A stretch of 63,871 nt of DNA, counting the filler, from Globobulimina sp. (Eukaryota), in assembly GCA_003354225.1 (NCBI GenBank). It is 49 parts of 49 records of this genome, joined end to end, with 100 filler letters (N's around TTAATTAATTAA, not from the genome) between each part and the next. Parts side by side here need not be neighbours in the genome. Positions count along the whole stretch, not along the records: positions 60,060 to 61,263 come from PIVH01021030.1; positions 61,364 to 62,567 come from PIVH01021031.1; positions 62,668 to 63,871 come from PIVH01021032.1; 46 more parts are not named here. One strand, given 5' to 3'. Each line of letters begins with the position of its first letter. Within the stretch, counting starts at the first letter, position 1. The notes under the pieces are model-generated. The model did not search any database. It had not been told where the DNA came from and was given only the letters and a program-made list of their open reading frames with translations. The translations under genes and the position numbers were made by a program. Of this stretch, positions 60,603 through 63,871 are shown piece by piece.

Positions 60603-61058
60603 TCAATGTTTCGGGATTATCCAAGTAACATGGTTTTCCAATACACATATCAAATCACTTAGCCATTCATCTTTGACTAAACCAGGACTGAAAGGTTTTG
60701 TATCAATTAAAAATTGGTCCACATTTGCATCTTGAAGTCTAATCTCTTCGCAGTGCTCTTTCATTGAAAACATTATTGTAGCTTGAGAATCGGGGTCGTT
60801 TGCTACAGCTTCCATAGCTTTCCATCCCCAGCAATAAAAGGCCTCTGTTATTGTTTTATATATGTCACAGTCACAACCGAAACCATTTGCTTCACACATT
60901 TCCGCCATCATAGTTTGTATTTTTCTTTTAATTTCAAGTCCATAGTAAATGTTGAATATATGGTAGAGTACTAAGGGGCCATCTTTATCTATACATTTAA
61001 ATATATCTGGACCCAATTCAAGACTAGCTTCACTGACGAATGGATGCAACAAAGCCAT
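60603..61058 (-). CDS. Hypothetical 151-aa intronless protein
   Basis: ATG-to-stop ORF preceded by TATA-like AT tracts; no recognised family. Confidence 0.45.
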   Translation of the reverse strand: MALLHPFVSEASLELGPDIFKCIDKDGPLVLYHIFNIYYGLEIKRKIQTMMAEMCEANGFGCDCDIYKTITEAFYCWGWKAMEAVANDPDSQATIMFSMKEHCEEIRLQDANVDQFLIDTKPFSPGLVKDEWLSDLICVLENHVTWIIPKH

Positions 61059-61476
61059 AATGATAATCGACTGAGGTGACTTTCTGCTTTTATACCTATC
61101 CTTATCGGATATAAAATCATTGTTTCATAATGAATGACAACACACGGTCTGTTCTGTGAAAGATATGGTATGGCAAGGGTGATAATTTAGCAGCTTCGTT
61201 TGGTGGACCTTCTAAACTGTACCACGAGGCAAAGAAGTTTTTACCAGGACTAACATTGACTACNNNNNNNNNNNNNNNNNNNNNNNNNNNNNNNNNNNNN
61301 NNNNNNNTTAATTAATTAANNNNNNNNNNNNNNNNNNNNNNNNNNNNNNNNNNNNNNNNNNNNTTTTTAAGGTAGTGCAGGATTTGGAAAAAGTTGGATT
61401 TTTGCAGAAATGTTTTATAATATAATGCGGTCCGTTAACTCTTCCAAATCCGAATTATTTATATACGTTAAGTCTG

Positions 61477-61893
61477 GTGAACAATAACTTGATTGGGTAT
61501 GAACAAACCACCGTTAAAAATAAGAATATTGTCATTGTCATCGACTTGCATACATTTACTTTATGGCAAACTCAATTTATTATTCGTTATTTAATTGGAT
61601 TTAAATTGTCCAAATTGTTGGAGACATCACCTGAAGGGTTGTGGATTATTGTTGGCAAAGGGAAACATAGAGAGGGCAAAGGGAATAATCAAGGCATATT
61701 ACGAAACTTTGTCATCAATGAGCTATCGTCCTGGAATCCAGCAATCAAATGTAATGTGCAACATTCAAATAAAGGCATGATTTTCATAAATAAATCTCAA
61801 TTAATCTCATATTTGAATAACGATAATTATGCAAAACAGAAATTAATCATACCATCAAAAGATTGGTTTTATGAGGATCCTCGTGCCAAATAA
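61477..61893 (+). CDS. Smr domain (C-terminus, PPR-SMR-like)
   Basis: IDLH, IIVGKGKH, LRNFVINEL and NKGMIFI. Confidence 0.8.
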   Translation: MNNNLIGYEQTTVKNKNIVIVIDLHTFTLWQTQFIIRYLIGFKLSKLLETSPEGLWIIVGKGKHREGKGNNQGILRNFVINELSSWNPAIKCNVQHSNKGMIFINKSQLISYLNNDNYAKQKLIIPSKDWFYEDPRAK

Positions 61894-61984
61894 TGTATTA
61901 AAGTTATAACATTTACAACAATCAAAAACCTCACTAGCACGAAAACTGCAAAATCTCAAAAACGGTCATACCATCGATAGCACA

Positions 61985-62567
61985 ATGAGAGTGTTAATTG
62001 TATTTTTATTTGGATTATGTTGTATATTCGGTGAGGAGAGTAAACGACTATGGATCACGGATTACATGCCAGAAAATAAAAATGCGACTGATAATCAATT
62101 GGGAATATGTTATGGTTCCAGTACGCAATGGGCCACGTATCCCTATGCAGTCGCCTTACGCTATGCCTCGGGCTCAGCCTGTTGTTCAGCATCCATTGTA
62201 TCATTAAACCCGCCAGTTTTATTAACCGCAGCGCATTGTAATGGATGTGTAGGTGCAGCACGCATTGGTTGCAATAATCCGAGTACGTGTGGTAATGCTG
62301 ATTCATATACAGTTGCTGGCTTCACTCAACATCCTAATTATGGCCAAGGTACCCAATTTTCCAATGATATCGCTCTCGTTACATTAAGTCAGGCAATAAC
62401 AACCAGTGGAGCTGCTGCGGTCACAATTCGTTAAGTTATTTGCTAATTACATCTGCGATTTTGCGTACAAAGGAACAAATATTGGCATGGATACACATTC
62501 CACAGCATCGTCGGAAGGGAGCGTTGCTAAAAGAGCTGTCGGTTATGGGATAACTCAATCCGGTGCA
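61985..62567 (+). CDS. Secreted trypsin-family (S1) protease, partial; intron 62430-62505
   Basis: Signal peptide; ICYG activation-like site; LLTAAHC, HPNY and NDIALV. Confidence 0.92.
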
Positions 62568-62667
62568 NNNNNNNNNNNNNNNNNNNNNNNNNNNNNNNNN
62601 NNNNNNNNNNNTTAATTAATTAANNNNNNNNNNNNNNNNNNNNNNNNNNNNNNNNNNNNNNNNNNNN

Positions 62668-63853
62668 AGTGAGTGTTCAAATCCATTTTTGGTGCATCGT
62701 ATAAATTATCTCTACGTTTCCACCAAATATAGAAAAAAACCTGACTTTGTTGAATGTCATTGATGAATTTTAACTTTTTATTATTTGGATACAACCAATT
62801 CATCCATTCCTCCCTTTTTTCCATATTTAAATATTTTTGAGTGTTCCAATCATCCTTCAAAACGCGCAAAAATGTTTTTATTTTATGTTGTGATTGAATT
62901 TTAATTATTTTATCGCCAGTCTTTGTAAATTTATTCAAAAATGTTCTAAAATGTTGACTTAATACATTCCAATCCGATAATTGTTGGATCATCGAGTCCA
63001 ATTGTTTATGATTGAAATATTGTTTATGATTATATTGATTATATTGACAATCTGCAACCAATTGTTTCATATTATGTTGATTTATTAACTCTAAACATTC
63101 CATATTGATTTCTTTTTTTGTTATCCGATCATTTAACTGTCTCAATTGCAGCAATACAAATTTGATCAATGCATTGAATGGTTCAATATGTTTGTTTTTG
63201 ACTGCGAATAATAGCCATTTATGCATTGACAAACAATATTTTAAATTATGTATCAATTCAGCATCGCCATCGCCATCGCCATCTGGCTCACCCACTTTGT
63301 CATAGTTATATTTTTCATCTTGTTTTCCATCCTCTTCGTTGATAATAATATCTGTATCACTCTCTGTATCCATATCGCTGTCACTGTTGTCATTATTTTG
63401 TTCAATCGCAATATATTGCGGCAATACGATTAATTCCATTAAAATCCCGCTCCATAATTTTATGGCAGCTTTATTCTGCGGTTTTGCATGTTTTGTTATT
63501 AAATTTTGGATTTGATTTATTTGGTTATGATTCCATAAATGTATTTCTTTGTTATTTCCGTTCATTACTATTTGGATAAAATATCGATGGACGCTCACGT
63601 ATTCATAAAACACTGTACATTCCATAAACATTGATATCCGTTCAGGAACATTATAATTTTGGCAAACTACTTTATTCAATACAGTTTTAAATATTTTTTG
63701 TAAGTTTTCGTTGTTTGAATGCAAAAGAACTCGGCCCATAACAGTCAATGCAGTGTTTTTGGAGTGTCTGTCTTGCAGTAATTTGGTGGCAAATATTATT
63801 AATTCTGATCTGACGGTATTACCCACAGTTTTTTTTACCAATATTATCTTCAA
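62668..63853 (-). CDS. Hypothetical helical protein, partial
   Basis: Open across nearly the whole contig; acidic insert. Confidence 0.55.
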
Positions 63854-63871
63854 AATATTTTGTATATTTCC

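Noticed and set aside
6830-61940. CTAG/ACTAG recurring near apparent intra-contig junctions as a ligation signature
   Set aside because: Absent at the best-defined junctions (~15445, ~19093); cannot be told from chance by eye.
1208-62667. Regularly spaced TTAATTAATTAA as a CRISPR-like or biological repeat
   Set aside because: Always embedded in N44 on both sides; it is an artificial six-frame-stop linker.
1-63871. rRNA, tRNA or CRISPR arrays
   Set aside because: None recognised by eye; tRNAscan-SE/Infernal would be needed to exclude them.

Overview
This window is not one locus. It is 49 unrelated short contigs (1207 down to 1204 bp, sorted by length) joined by an artificial 100-nt linker (N44-TTAATTAATTAA-N44), so gene neighbourhood is meaningless across linkers. 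Most contigs are AT-rich eukaryotic genomic DNA with short (~45-90 nt) GT-AG introns. The gene mix (7TM/RGS, SPRY, TPR, Smr, sulfatases) suggests a rhizarian/foraminiferan-like protist; this is an inference. Several contigs look chimeric and carry bacterial fragments (RseB, DMSO-reductase-family, CoA-binding, FAD oxidoreductase, FGE-family). Recognisable genes include PCNA, histone H2A, a divergent H4, a cold-shock protein, importin, CYFIP, a Cys-less pLGIC and an actin-like protein. Best leads: (1) a four-exon gene joining a Z-alpha domain, a WWE domain and a Dicer-platform-like region (27494-28631); (2) a Polinton/adintovirus-like capsid module with penton, small basic ORF and an intron-containing putative major capsid start (19596-20800); (3) a CxxU selenoprotein with a candidate SECIS, missed by the ORF track (52839-53272); (4) an H4 with a rewritten basic patch; (5) several MITEs, one with perfect 29-bp TIRs and an 8-bp TSD. 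All family assignments come from motif recognition by eye, not database searches.
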